A stretch of DNA of 61,542 nt, filler included, from a bacterium (GCA_040757115.1; 5 parts of 5 records of this genome joined end to end with filler, not necessarily neighbours in it), one strand, 5' to 3'; shown: positions 48,701-59,440, counted from the first letter of the whole stretch. Numbers and translations: made by a program. Notes: generated by a model not told the origin, from the letters alone.

Positions 48701-49579
48701 TTATTTATTACTGTTTAATTCCAATCCACTTATGATTGTTTGAAGATTAAAGTTCTCTTTCAATTCATCTGCCTTACTGCCGGCAACCTTTTTATTCATG
48801 TAACGGCGATAATAGCCCGCCTTGTTTGTCGAGTAATGATAGGGATTGATATTAAAGGGTATTTCCGAGACTTCTCCCTTAAAATATTTTTCCCAAAACC
48901 AGATTCCAACACCATGCTCAAAATAGGGTTTTGCATCTATAACACGCTTTGTTGTATTCGGATGGTCTTCGATATGACGCCACCATCCACAGCCATTTTG
49001 AAACTGGCTGAGAGATGCCCCTTTGGTAGTGCATCCAATCATTTCAAACCAACGTTTGTAAAAAAGAGGGGTACCGTTGATTAATCTATTTATTCGTTGC
49101 ATGAAGCCCACTTTGGCTCGAACTCCGATATATTGCCCTTCCCTGATTCTGGAAAATTCCATATCAATTTTCCTCATTAATGAGACGGGAATGAGAACAT
49201 CCGAATGCCAAAAAGCGAGGATGTTAGAGAAGAGATGGGCAAACTCCAAAGGGAAATGCATCCACATGAGCGGTAACTTCAGCCTATTGTTGAAGTCAAT
49301 AAATATTGAGCGGGAAGTAAGTCTTGGGGTTGGATATCTGCCGTCTGTTCCGACAACAGGCGTCCATCCGATAGCATTGACAAGTTGTTGTTGAACAAAG
49401 CACCATTCCTCATCCAAACACCAGCATAGCCAAGGTTTGGAAACGCCCTGAAGTTGTTTTTTCCAATCATCTGCTGAAAGAAAAACTAATTCCAAATACT
49501 CTTTCGGAAAGAACTTCCAATTTCCGGTACCGATAATTCCCTCATTCCTTGAAAGAATCCAATCCATTTCACTCTCCAA
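48701..49579 (-). CDS. Hypothetical protein
   Basis: 292-aa open frame; no confident family; start uncertain. Confidence 0.6.
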   Translation of the reverse strand: MESEMDWILSRNEGIIGTGNWKFFPKEYLELVFLSADDWKKQLQGVSKPWLCWCLDEEWCFVQQQLVNAIGWTPVVGTDGRYPTPRLTSRSIFIDFNNRLKLPLMWMHFPLEFAHLFSNILAFWHSDVLIPVSLMRKIDMEFSRIREGQYIGVRAKVGFMQRINRLINGTPLFYKRWFEMIGCTTKGASLSQFQNGCGWWRHIEDHPNTTKRVIDAKPYFEHGVGIWFWEKYFKGEVSEIPFNINPYHYSTNKAGYYRRYMNKKVAGSKADELKENFNLQTIISGLELNSNK

Positions 49580-49748
49580 TTAATTTATCTATTTGTCAGT
49601 CAGGTGCTATAGCAGTTATTAGTCAAAATTTTACTCACAGTGGATAAGTAAAAAATCCCAAATCCCAAGCACCAAATCTCAAATAAACACCAAATTCCAC
49701 ATACCAAAAAGCGAATTAGAGATTAGTGAATTAGAGATTAGATCTTAT

Positions 49749-49871
49749 GTAACCGTTCAGGCTATATATCAAAAGTGTAAGAAAGGGGATAAGGAGATAA
49801 GAGTGATATGGAGATAAGATAATAGAAATAGATTGAAATTTATAGAAATAGGTAGAAATTGATTGTGGAAA
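49749..49871. mobile_element. Partial reverse copy of the 237-bp MITE at the contig end
   Basis: Reverse complement of the 3' half of 42379-42615. Confidence 0.85.
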
Positions 49872-49971
49872 NNNNNNNNNNNNNNNNNNNNNNNNNNNNN
49901 NNNNNNNNNNNNNNNTTAATTAATTAANNNNNNNNNNNNNNNNNNNNNNNNNNNNNNNNNNNNNNNNNNNN
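49872..49971. other. Artificial contig linker
   Basis: N/TTAATTAATTAA/N. Confidence 0.98.
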
Positions 49972-50674
49972 AGGATGATGAAAATGAATAGCACACGGAT
50001 GACACGGATCGGATGAACGCTGATTTTATTTATTTCAGTTTTTTTCGTGTTTATTCGTGTTCATTCGTGGACTATTTTCAGGAGAAACGGTCATGTCCCG
50101 CTGGGGCACAAACGAGGATGAAAATGTGTGGAGTGCGGTAGCGAGCTTTCGCTTTCTTCGGACAAAGCGAAAGCAAGCTTTCGCACTCCAAAGGCTATTT
50201 TCAGGGGAAACGGGCATGTCCACAGGGTGGACACAAATGAGGATGAAAATAGTAGGTAGGAGATAGAAGGTAGGAGGTAGGCTTAAGGAGTGATGTTTTC
50301 TTTACTTTCTACTTTCTACTCTCTACTTTCTACTTCCTCATTTTCAGGAGAAACGGTCATGAGTCTGCGACTCACAAATGACGATGAAAATAAAGGAAGG
50401 ATGCGGGCGGGAATGCTGAAGTCGAGCAACGCAGGCTAAAGCCTGCGGCTACCAGCCTTCTCGAGTCCCGAACCCTGAGTCCCGAGTCCCTATTTTCAGG
50501 AGAAACGCTCATGCCCACAGGGAGTGGGCACAAAGGAAAATGAAAATTAAGGGACTCGGGGCTCGGGATTCGGGAATAAAAAATCCCCTAACCCCTTAAT
50601 CCCCCGCCAGCGGGGAGATAAAAAAATAAAAATCTGTGTAATCTGCGAAATCTGCGGATTATTTTCAGGAGAAA
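49972..50674 (+). repeat. Structured-repeat array X3 (full repeats 50074-50125, 50197-50250, 50340-50391, 50492-50547; half repeats at the ends)
   Basis: Conserved flanks, covarying inner hairpin, spacers of 88, 71, 89, 100 and 113 bp. Confidence 0.9.
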
Positions 50675-50778
50675 TCTCTTACAGAACTTTCTCCTTGACA
50701 AAAGAATAAAAATTTGATATTCGTTACCTAAAAGAAGGATAAATTATGTTCCCCAAAGAAAGACTCAAAGAAATCATA

Positions 50779-51173
50779 TAGCGGTTATTAACTGGAAGTT
50801 TACATAGGATAATACCCATAAATAAGGCATGAGAATAATCGTTCCGTTAGGAACATAATATCGGTAGAAATAGATAGACAAATCAATACAGTTCCGTAGA
50901 TGGTAGAAAATTTATGGAAAGCCATTTACCGATATGTTGTCCCTATGGGACATTAAATGAAGGATGAGGTAGAATTTTTCACATTCCATTTTTTCCCATT
51001 TTATCATAAGAAAATGGAGGAAGGCAAGCCAAATGGACATAATTGTCTAAAAATATAGAGAGTTATAGCCCTAATTTGACATAGTGTAGTAATGGTTCAC
51101 GCATAACTTGTTAATTCACTACGAGTAGTTACGAGTATTTAATTCTAAGTAAAGTTTTGAATAATAACTGCTA
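50779..51173. mobile_element. TA-targeting MITE, same family as 31815-32086
   Basis: Same ends and TA duplication, different interior. Confidence 0.85.
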
Positions 51174-51190
51174 TAAGCACTATTTCCCTG

Positions 51191-51292
51191 GTTACCATAC
51201 AAATATATATTTCAAGGTTATTGTATGGTAACAAAATGCGCTTGACAAAAGTTACCATACATGGTATCATTTTTACAAGACTGTATGGTAAC
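51191..51292 (+). promoter_or_regulatory. Promoter with two GTTACCATAC-N22-GTATGGTAAC operators
   Basis: Operators at 51191-51232 and 51251-51292; TTGACA(51242)-17 bp-TATCAT. Confidence 0.8.
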
Positions 51293-51302
51293 AGGAGCGT
51301 AG

Positions 51303-51632
51303 GTGATGAAAGTTATAAAAGGTGTATTAGAAGAAGAGCTTGAAAATTCTCTTAGAATGAAAGAAAAATATGAGGATGTTCTGTCGAATTTGTCCAAAGG
51401 AAGCCTGGTGGAAAAAGAGATAAAGGGACATAGATATTACTATATAGTCTTGAGGGAACATGGAAGGGTCAAGTTTATCTACAAAGGTAAACTTTCTAAA
51501 GAAGAAATAGAGAAATACCTTGAAATTAAAGAGTTAAGGCTTAAATATAAAAAGCTTCTTTCCCAGGTGAAAAAGCAAATAGCCTTTTTAGAGAGGTCAT
51601 TAAGTGGAAAAGAAATACGAGCTGTGTCTTGA
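51303..51632 (+). CDS. Small basic protein, putative regulator/antitoxin
   Basis: KGSL..K.IKG.RYYY...KFIY.G pattern; overlaps the next gene. Confidence 0.65.
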   Translation: MMKVIKGVLEEELENSLRMKEKYEDVLSNLSKGSLVEKEIKGHRYYYIVLREHGRVKFIYKGKLSKEEIEKYLEIKELRLKYKKLLSQVKKQIAFLERSLSGKEIRAVS

Positions 51633-52281
51633 AGTATTAAGAAGACTCCAAAAAGAAAGGGTGTTAGAAGAGATTATAATTGTTGGTAGTTGGTGTATCT
51701 ATTTTTACCGGGAATATTTCTCAAAGACTAACTATTCTTCTTCTATAAGGACAAGAGACATTGACTTTTTGGTTCCTCTGCCATTACACCTTAAGAAAAA
51801 AGTAGATATCCCTGAACTATTGAAGGATATGGGTTATATTATCGACTTTCATAGAAGTGGTTATATCAGGCTTTTGCATCCGGAACTCATCATAGAATTT
51901 TTAGTGCCGGAAAAAGGCAGGGGAGTGGATAAACCATATCCTTTACCCCAGTTAGGGGTGAATGCTCAAAGGCTACGATTTTTGGATTTTCTTGCACAGA
52001 ATACAATAGTCCTTAAAACAGAAGAACTCACTTTAAATCTTCCCCATCCTGCTGCCTTTGGATTGCATAAACTTATTGTTTCTTCCCGAAGAACTAAAGA
52101 GGAGAAACGAATCAAAGAAAGGGAAGAAGCAGTAAAGGTCTTAAATGCTCTAATAGACCAGGGTGAAGAAAAGTTGATAAAGGATTTGTTTGATTCTATG
52201 CTCGCAGGCTGGAAAAAGAAGATACTAAATATCCTGAAGAAATTCGGAGGAGAAAGGATATTAAACATCTTAGAGGAGTAA
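51604..52281 (+). CDS. Nucleotidyltransferase-fold protein (GSU2403/AbiEii-like)
   Basis: IVGSW...RTRDIDF...P.PAAF.LHKL. Confidence 0.75.
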   Translation: MEKKYELCLEVLRRLQKERVLEEIIIVGSWCIYFYREYFSKTNYSSSIRTRDIDFLVPLPLHLKKKVDIPELLKDMGYIIDFHRSGYIRLLHPELIIEFLVPEKGRGVDKPYPLPQLGVNAQRLRFLDFLAQNTIVLKTEELTLNLPHPAAFGLHKLIVSSRRTKEEKRIKEREEAVKVLNALIDQGEEKLIKDLFDSMLAGWKKKILNILKKFGGERILNILEE

Positions 52282-52314
52282 AATCCATTAAGTGTGGAGG
52301 AGAAATAGAATACC

Positions 52315-54878
52315 ATGAACCACAGTAAAGCATATCCATATTTAAAAGCAACCCTGGATGCATTGATTGAGGCGGCACCAGGTTGGGCAAAAGCTCCGGC
52401 TAAGTTCTGGTCCTCTTTATCCGAACAACTGAAGGATAAATCCAAAGAGAAAATCAAACAGTTAGAACAGGAGATAAAAGGGATTTCTAAAGATGATCTG
52501 GAGACAATGATCAAGGAGACTGGATGCGAGCAGAAGGAAGATATTGAGCTTATAATCGGAGCAGTGTCGTTAATCCCTGGACTTTGCCAGAAGATGGATT
52601 ATCGGTTTGATAGAGTAGATAGTGTGCTTGAGGAAATGAGCGGGAAGCTGGATGAACTTTTGAGGAAACCAACATCTGAAAAACCCCTCCAGTTCCCTCT
52701 TCCATCCAGCTTGCACAACCAAACCCCGCCTGAGCCGAATTTTGTGGGTAGGGTTGAAATGCTTAAGGCAATCACAGATTGGTATAAATCCCTTGAGGTA
52801 AAGATTGGGGCATTAGTCGGCTGGGGTGGGGTGGGAAAATCGGCATTAGTCAGAAAGTGGTTTGATAGCTTGAAAGAAAATAACATCCAGCCTGATGGCA
52901 TATTCTGGTGGGGATTCTATCGCAATGCCTTTCTTGAGCGTTTCCTTGAGGCGCTATTTGGTTATCTCTCCCAGGATAGATTTAAGCTTGATGACTACAA
53001 GACCTCCTGGCAGAAGATAGACAAAATAAAAGAGCTTCTTTTGGGAAGGGAATATCTCATTATCTTAGATGGACTTGAAGAGATGCAGAAATCACAAACA
53101 GGCGAAGAATTTGGTAAGCTGCAACATTCAGAGTTCACAGACTTACTCAAATACATTGCTGATGCAGATTTTAAAGGCTTATGCCTGATAACCACAAGGT
53201 TCCCTTTAACTGACATTGAGAAATACCCAAGCTATCAAAGGCTTGAGATAGAGGAGTTACTAAGAGAGGATACCCGGCTACTGTTTCAAAAGATTGGTGT
53301 AAGAGGAAAAGAAGATGAGATAGATACATCTGGGAAGAATTTAAAGGCCATACCCTAAGCCTTGTCCTCTTAGCAAATTATTTAGGCACGGGGGGTGATA
53401 TTAAGAGAGCAAAGGAAATACCGCCATTCTATTCTGACCAAGAGGCAGGTGGAAAGGCACATAGAATCCTCCTCTGGTATGATAAGCAATTAAATGAAGA
53501 ACAAAGAGACTTTATGAAGATATTCTCTTTATTTAGAGGTGCTGTCTCGGAAAGGGAGTTTAGGGAGGTATTCCAAACCAGGGTAGATTTCCATTTCCAG
53601 AGAATGGTAGATAACCTTTGCCAAAGAAGGCTCATTACCAAAGGCTCTGATAATACCTACACCACCCATCCCTTAATCAAGGGCTACTTTGAGTCTATAT
53701 TTGATAAAAAAGAAAAGAAGCTAACCCATAAGGCAATCTATGAATACTTTGGAAAGATAGCAAAAGATAAACCAGAGACCTTAGAAGAGATGCAGCCTTT
53801 GTTTGAGCAGGTGCATCATGGATGTTCTGCCAGGCTTTATGATGAGGTGTGGAAGGATGTTTATCGGGATAAAATTGGAGGGTATCCATGCGGATATAAA
53901 CTCCAACATAAGCTTGGTGCCTGGGAGACCGACCTATCCCTTGCCAGAACCTTCTTCCCGGATGGTAACCTTTCACAGATGCCGCAGGTAAGTGAGAAGA
54001 GCGACCAGGGCTGGTTGCTCAATGAAGCAGGACTGGCACTTCTTTCTACAGGACGGCCAAAAGAGGCAGAAGAACCATTGAAAACAGCAATCGGGTTATA
54101 TGTTGAAGACAAAGAACTTGCTTATGCCTCTGCAGGTTATCAAAACTTGGCTAACCTTCAGTTTCGAGTAGGTAGGCTCAAGGAGGCAGATGAGAGTGCA
54201 AAAAAGGCACATGATGTAGCAGAGAAGGCAGGGTCTGAGAAGAATATCCGCAATTCAAAAGCCTATCTTGCCTGGATACTTCATCTTGCGGGCAAGGATG
54301 AGGAGGCAGAAAAGGGGTTTCAGCAGGCAGATGAGCTTCAAAGAAAGATCAGTGGGGATCGGTTTTACAGTATAACTGGAGTTTTCTATGCTGACTTCCT
54401 CCTCTCAATCAAGCAGATTGATGAGGCTTTTGAACTTACCAAAGCAAACCTTGAGATCTGCCAGAGGAATAATTTTGTAAACAGCATCTCCCGCTGTCAC
54501 CGCTGCTTAGCTGCCATTGAAAGGCTAAAGGGAAACCAGAAGGAAGCCAAGGCCCATCTTCAGCAGGCCCTTGAGATTGCCAGAAAGGTTGGTATGCCTT
54601 ATCTTGAAATAGAAGCCTTGCTTGAGTTGAGCAGGTTGTGGTTGGATATGAAGAAATATAAAGAGGCTATCTCTCAGGCAAACCAGGTCCTGAAGCTATG
54701 TGAAAGAACAGGCTTTTTACTCTACGAACCCGAGGCAGAGCTAATCTTAGCCAGGGCATATTTATCCCAGGGAAACCTACAGGAAGCAAAACCCCTTGCC
54801 CAATCATCTTACGAAAAAGCCAAAACTATGGGTTATTATTGGCCACAAAAGGAGGCAGAAAGGATTTTTAAAAAATGA
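52315..54878 (+). pseudogene. STAND NTPase-TPR (NLR-like) protein split by a 1-nt frameshift near 53326
   Basis: FVGR, GWGGVGKS, LIILDGLE, LITTR; continues in another frame as IWEEFKGHTLSL...HPLI...TPR repeats. Confidence 0.8.
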
Positions 54879-55390
54879 AACACATCTTTATTACGGGCAA
54901 ACCCAAATCAGGTAAGACCACCCTTTTTAAAGAGCTAATCCCTTATTTGAAAGATGAGGGTGGATTTTATACCCAAGAAGTCCTTTACCAAGATAAGCGC
55001 ATAGGTTTTGAGATTATCACCCTGGATGGAAGAAGGGGTTTATTGGCAAGGAAAGGGTTAAGCTCACCATTTAACCTGGGAAGCTATGGAGTAGATGTAA
55101 AGGACTTAGATGAGATTGGTGTAGCGGCAATAGAGGAAGCAATAGAGAACAAAAAGGTTATTGTGATTGATGAGATTGGGAAGATGGAATTATACTCAAA
55201 GAGATTTAAAGAAGTAGTACTTAAAGCCCTGGATAGTGGTAAATTTCTCCTGGGGATAATTCACCAGGCTAATCTTCCATTTTTAGAGAGAATCAAAAAG
55301 AGGGATGATGTCTTAATCTTAGAGTTAACTTCAGAAAATAGAGGAGAAGTCTTCAAAACCATAAAGGGTATTATAGACTCCTGGTTATGA
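54875..55390 (+). CDS. Nucleoside triphosphatase (THEP1/NTPase_1 family)
   Basis: ITGKPKSGKTT, GFYT, IDEIGKMEL. Confidence 0.9.
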   Translation: MKHIFITGKPKSGKTTLFKELIPYLKDEGGFYTQEVLYQDKRIGFEIITLDGRRGLLARKGLSSPFNLGSYGVDVKDLDEIGVAAIEEAIENKKVIVIDEIGKMELYSKRFKEVVLKALDSGKFLLGIIHQANLPFLERIKKRDDVLILELTSENRGEVFKTIKGIIDSWL

Positions 55391-55442
55391 GAAAAAAGTC
55401 TGTTGCTATACTAAATATAATAAGTTAGACTAAAAGAGATTA

Positions 55443-55689
55443 AACCACGAAGGACACGAAGGGCACGAAGTGAAATTTGACACATTATCAAATAAACTCA
55501 TTGTAGAACTCAAAAGTGTTGAGAGAACATTATCTATTCATGAAGCTCAAATATTGACATATATGAAGTTAGCAAATATCAAAGTTGGTCTATTGATAAA
55601 TTTCAATGTAGAAAGATTGAAAGAAAACATAAAAAGATTTGTCTTGTCCAATCTTCGTGACCTTCGTGCTCTTCGTGGTGAATAGTTAC
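55443..55689 (+). pseudogene. Internally deleted GxxExxY gene between 9-mer periodic inverted repeats
   Basis: IVELKSV...HEAQILTYMK...GLLINFN; arms CACGAAG x3 / CTTCGTG x3; ends TGAATAGTTAC. Confidence 0.8.
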
Positions 55690-55829
55690 AAAAGAAAGTA
55701 GATGATATTCTAAATTCAATATTCAGGTTTGCCCCCAATACTTCACTCGGTTGGTCCTTTTGAGGACAAAAACAACTTTTTCGTTATCCTGTGAGATAGA
55801 TTAGTGGTAGAACGGAATCTGAGCTCGGT

Positions 55830-56780
55830 CTAAATAAGATAACAGGCGACGAGGTGCTGATTACCAATATTTTTAAGTTTGGGTATCTGTTTTTTGCAAA
55901 TATCTTTTACCAGAGGACATCGTGGTGTAAACCGACATTCGGGCAATGGATTAATTGGCGCCGTAATTCGTCCTTTTATATCTACGCGTGGTCGTTGGTA
56001 GTCTGGGTCTGGTATGGGCACAGCAGACAATAACGCCTTTGTATATGGATGTTGTGGATTTTTAATTATCTCTTCCGTTTGCCCCATCTCAATTATTTTC
56101 CCCAGATACATTACCGCTAATTCATCACACATATAACGCGCTACCGCCAGGTCATGGGTAATGAATAAATAGGTTAAATTAAATTCATCCTTCAAATGCA
56201 GGAGTAAATTCATTATTCCTACCCTGATTGAGGCATCTAACATTGATACCGGCTCATCCGCAACAATAAATTCAGGTTCAACAACTAATGTGCGGGCGAT
56301 AGAGACCCGTTGTCGCTGACCACCACTTAATTCATGGGGAAAACGGTGTATAAATTCCTGTGGTGGCGTAAGTTCTACTACCTCTAAAGCCTTAAAAATC
56401 TTCTCTTCTCTATCTCCAATATGCTGAATTATTAATGGCTCAAGCAAAGTATCCATTACCGTCATTCTGGGATTTAATGATTCATACGGGTCTTGAAATA
56501 TCATCTGCACTATCTTGCGGAACTCCCTTAATTGCCTTCCTTCAAGATGCTCAATATCTTTACCGTTAATAAAAACATTGCCCGCGGTAGCGTTATGCAA
56601 TCTGACCATCAATTTCCCGCAAGTGGTTTTACCACTGCCACTTTCCCCAACTAATCCAAGCGTCCTTCCTTTATTAATTGAAAAACTTATTTCATCTACC
56701 GCATAGACGAATTTATGGCATTTTCCCCAAAATCGCGGTTGTAATGGAAATAATTTCGTTAACTTCTCTACTTTAACCAT
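55830..56780 (-). CDS. Oligopeptide ABC transporter ATP-binding protein (OppF/AppF-like)
   Basis: GESGSGKT, LSGGQRQR, HPYTKALL, C-terminal Cys cluster. Confidence 0.92.
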   Translation of the reverse strand: MVKVEKLTKLFPLQPRFWGKCHKFVYAVDEISFSINKGRTLGLVGESGSGKTTCGKLMVRLHNATAGNVFINGKDIEHLEGRQLREFRKIVQMIFQDPYESLNPRMTVMDTLLEPLIIQHIGDREEKIFKALEVVELTPPQEFIHRFPHELSGGQRQRVSIARTLVVEPEFIVADEPVSMLDASIRVGIMNLLLHLKDEFNLTYLFITHDLAVARYMCDELAVMYLGKIIEMGQTEEIIKNPQHPYTKALLSAVPIPDPDYQRPRVDIKGRITAPINPLPECRFTPRCPLVKDICKKQIPKLKNIGNQHLVACYLI

Positions 56781-56867
56781 ATTATTTATATCATATCATA
56801 AAACTATTCTTTTATCAAGTTTTTTTACATTGACAGAACATAGAATTTGTGATAAAATATATAAAAA

Positions 56868-58121
56868 ATGATACCATATCTTATCATTAGTATTATTATA
56901 ATATTAATGTGCGTTTTATTAGCTGGATTTTTCTCGGGAATGGAGATGGGATTTATTTCTATTAATAAGATTAGATTGAGGCATTTAGTCGAAAAAAAAT
57001 ATCACCGGGCATTAATTGCCCACGATTTATTAAAAGATACTCCACTCCTTTTAGCGACATTATTAGTTGGTATCAATATGGCGATTATTACCGCCTCTTG
57101 TGTGACGACTTCTATGAGCCATTTACACAAGATAAATCCAATTTATACGGAGATAATCTTAACCTTTGTCATCCTTTTAATTGGTGAGATAATTCCAAAG
57201 AGCATATTTCGTTCGCATTCAACGAAATTAATCTTAAGTTTAATTTATCCCTTGAAATTAATCTATTCGCTTCTTTTACCCGGCGTAAATTTAATGACAA
57301 AGATAACTAATCCGGTCATTAATCTCTGGAAAGGTTCTGATTTAAAGACAAAAAGCCCATTTGTGACTAAAGAAGAATTACGATTATTAATTTCAGAAGG
57401 AGAAGAGGTCGGGAGTTTAGATGAGGATGAAGAAGAGATGTTAGATGGGGTTTTTAGCTTATCGACGAGGCGGGTAAAAGAGGTAATGACCCCAAGGACT
57501 GATATGGTTTGTTTCAATATTGAGGATAATATCTCTGACATATTAAAGGAATTTGAAAAACATCCTCATTCTCGAATACCTGTTTATGATGAAACTATTG
57601 ATAATATTATTGGCATCATATTTATTAAAGACATCTTTAAGTTTTATGAGAAAGGATTTGAAGAGACATCGGTTATTGAACTTATCCGATTTCCTTATTT
57701 TGTGCCAACAAGCAAAAGGATAGATAAGCTCCTGCAAGAATTTCAAGCCAATCATACTCAAATTGCTATTGTTGTCGATGAGTATGGTGGCACCGCAGGT
57801 TTGGTGACATTAGAAGATTTATTAGAAGAGATTGTTGGTGAAATTCGGGATGAATATGAGACAAAGGAAATTTTTATCAAGGCATTAGTTGATGGCATCT
57901 ATCTTGTGGATGCCCGAACCTCTATCGAAATGTTAAATGAAGAATTAGATTTGAATTTGCCACAAGATGATTTTGAAACTATATCAGGATTTATTTTAGA
58001 TTTATTAGGAAGAATACCCGCACCTGGCGAGATAATTAACTATAACAACCTAAATATGACTATTACTGAGGCAGATGAAAGGAGTATTCTTAAGGTTAAG
58101 ATTTTTAAAAAGGAGAGATAA
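56868..58121 (+). CDS. CNNM/hemolysin-family (DUF21-CBS-CorC) protein
   Basis: GEIIPK, VMTPR, HSRIPVY, VDEYGGTAG. Confidence 0.92.
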   Translation: MIPYLIISIIIILMCVLLAGFFSGMEMGFISINKIRLRHLVEKKYHRALIAHDLLKDTPLLLATLLVGINMAIITASCVTTSMSHLHKINPIYTEIILTFVILLIGEIIPKSIFRSHSTKLILSLIYPLKLIYSLLLPGVNLMTKITNPVINLWKGSDLKTKSPFVTKEELRLLISEGEEVGSLDEDEEEMLDGVFSLSTRRVKEVMTPRTDMVCFNIEDNISDILKEFEKHPHSRIPVYDETIDNIIGIIFIKDIFKFYEKGFEETSVIELIRFPYFVPTSKRIDKLLQEFQANHTQIAIVVDEYGGTAGLVTLEDLLEEIVGEIRDEYETKEIFIKALVDGIYLVDARTSIEMLNEELDLNLPQDDFETISGFILDLLGRIPAPGEIINYNNLNMTITEADERSILKVKIFKKER

Positions 58122-58127
58122 CTAACA

Positions 58128-59108
58128 ATGATTAATTTATTTTTGTTGACCCGGGAGAAAAAACTTATTACTGATTTTAAAGAAATCAATCTAACAGAGA
58201 TTTTGAAGAATAATGACCATCTTTTATGGATTGATTTAATTGACCCGACAGATGAAGAAATTGGTATTTTGAGTGAAGATTTTAAATTTCATGAATTAGC
58301 CATTGAAGACTGTTTATTTCCACAAAGTCAACCTAAGGTAGATGATTTTGGGGATTACATCTTCATTGTTATTCAAGGGGTTAAAAAATATAGAGAGAAT
58401 GGTGAGGAAGAATTAAAGACAGAAGACTTAAACATCTTTTTTGGTAAAAATTTTGTCGTAACCGTCCAGGAAGAACCATTTAAAAGTATTGCCAACCTCG
58501 CAAGTCGTTGTAAGCAAAATCCTATGTTTTTGGATAAAGGGTCTGATTTCCTGTTGCACGCGATTATTGATGGAGTAATTGATAGTTATCTGCCTTTTTT
58601 AGAAGAAATAGATGATAAAATTGAACAGGTAGAGGATGAAGTGCTGGTAAAACCAGGCAAGCAAGCGATAATGAATGAGATATTCTCGTTAAAAAAGCAA
58701 ATTTTAGCCATTCGCAAGATAATTGGCCCACAACGGGCGGTGATAGGGTTGCTCTCAAGAAGGGATATACCGTTCATTAAACCTAATACACTTATTTATT
58801 ATCGAGATATTTATGACCATTTAGTTCGCATCGGTGATACGATTGATATGTATCGAGACCTGACAACCAATATTTTAGAAATATATTTTTCCTGGACATC
58901 CAGTCGCTTAACCGAGGTAATGAAGGTATTGACATTAATTGCCACCATTATGATGCCACTGACCTTAATTACCAGTTATTACGGAATGAATATCAAACTA
59001 CCAGAGTTTACCTGGGGATGTATTCGAAGTATGCCATTTGTCTGGGCATTACTAATTGGGACGACATTAGGATTATTAATGTTTTTTAGACATAGAAAAT
59101 GGATATGA
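58128..59108 (+). CDS. corA: Magnesium/cobalt transporter
   Basis: YGMN signature with two C-terminal TM helices. Confidence 0.95.
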   Translation: MINLFLLTREKKLITDFKEINLTEILKNNDHLLWIDLIDPTDEEIGILSEDFKFHELAIEDCLFPQSQPKVDDFGDYIFIVIQGVKKYRENGEEELKTEDLNIFFGKNFVVTVQEEPFKSIANLASRCKQNPMFLDKGSDFLLHAIIDGVIDSYLPFLEEIDDKIEQVEDEVLVKPGKQAIMNEIFSLKKQILAIRKIIGPQRAVIGLLSRRDIPFIKPNTLIYYRDIYDHLVRIGDTIDMYRDLTTNILEIYFSWTSSRLTEVMKVLTLIATIMMPLTLITSYYGMNIKLPEFTWGCIRSMPFVWALLIGTTLGLLMFFRHRKWI

Positions 59109-59185
59109 ACAGTGATAGGGAGGGATGTCCTTGTTTCCTGAATTCACTTTCTCCCTGTAAATATAGCACTTATTAATCGAAATTT

Positions 59186-59422
59186 GTAAGCGTTCAGGTG
59201 GTGTAACAAAAGGAGATGTGGAGATTAAGGAGATAGGGAGATATTATTAAAAAAATTGAAATTAATAGAAACTAATAGAAATTTATGGAAATTTGTTGTT
59301 TTCCACAATCAATTTCTACCTATTTCTATAAATTTCAATCTATTTCTATTATCTTATCTCCATATCACTCTTATCTCCTTATCCCCTTTCTTACACTTTT
59401 GATATATAGCCTGAACGGTTAC
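59186..59422. mobile_element. 237-bp IS66-type MITE
   Basis: Copy of 42379-42615. Confidence 0.9.
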
Positions 59423-59440
59423 AAAAATTAGGATTTAAAA

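Noticed and set aside
48740-49394. Plus-strand ORFs opposite the 292-aa gene, and similar antisense ORFs elsewhere
   Set aside because: Shadows of longer or recognisable genes on the other strand.
37609-49871. Circular contig or composite transposon bounded by halves of the 237-bp MITE
   Set aside because: It carries housekeeping genes (purB, feoB) and the MITE is multicopy, so assembly breaks suffice.
49972-50674. CRISPR or TIGR array
   Set aside because: The repeat centre varies, spacers are long, irregular and self-complementary, and no cas or Nop-domain gene is visible.
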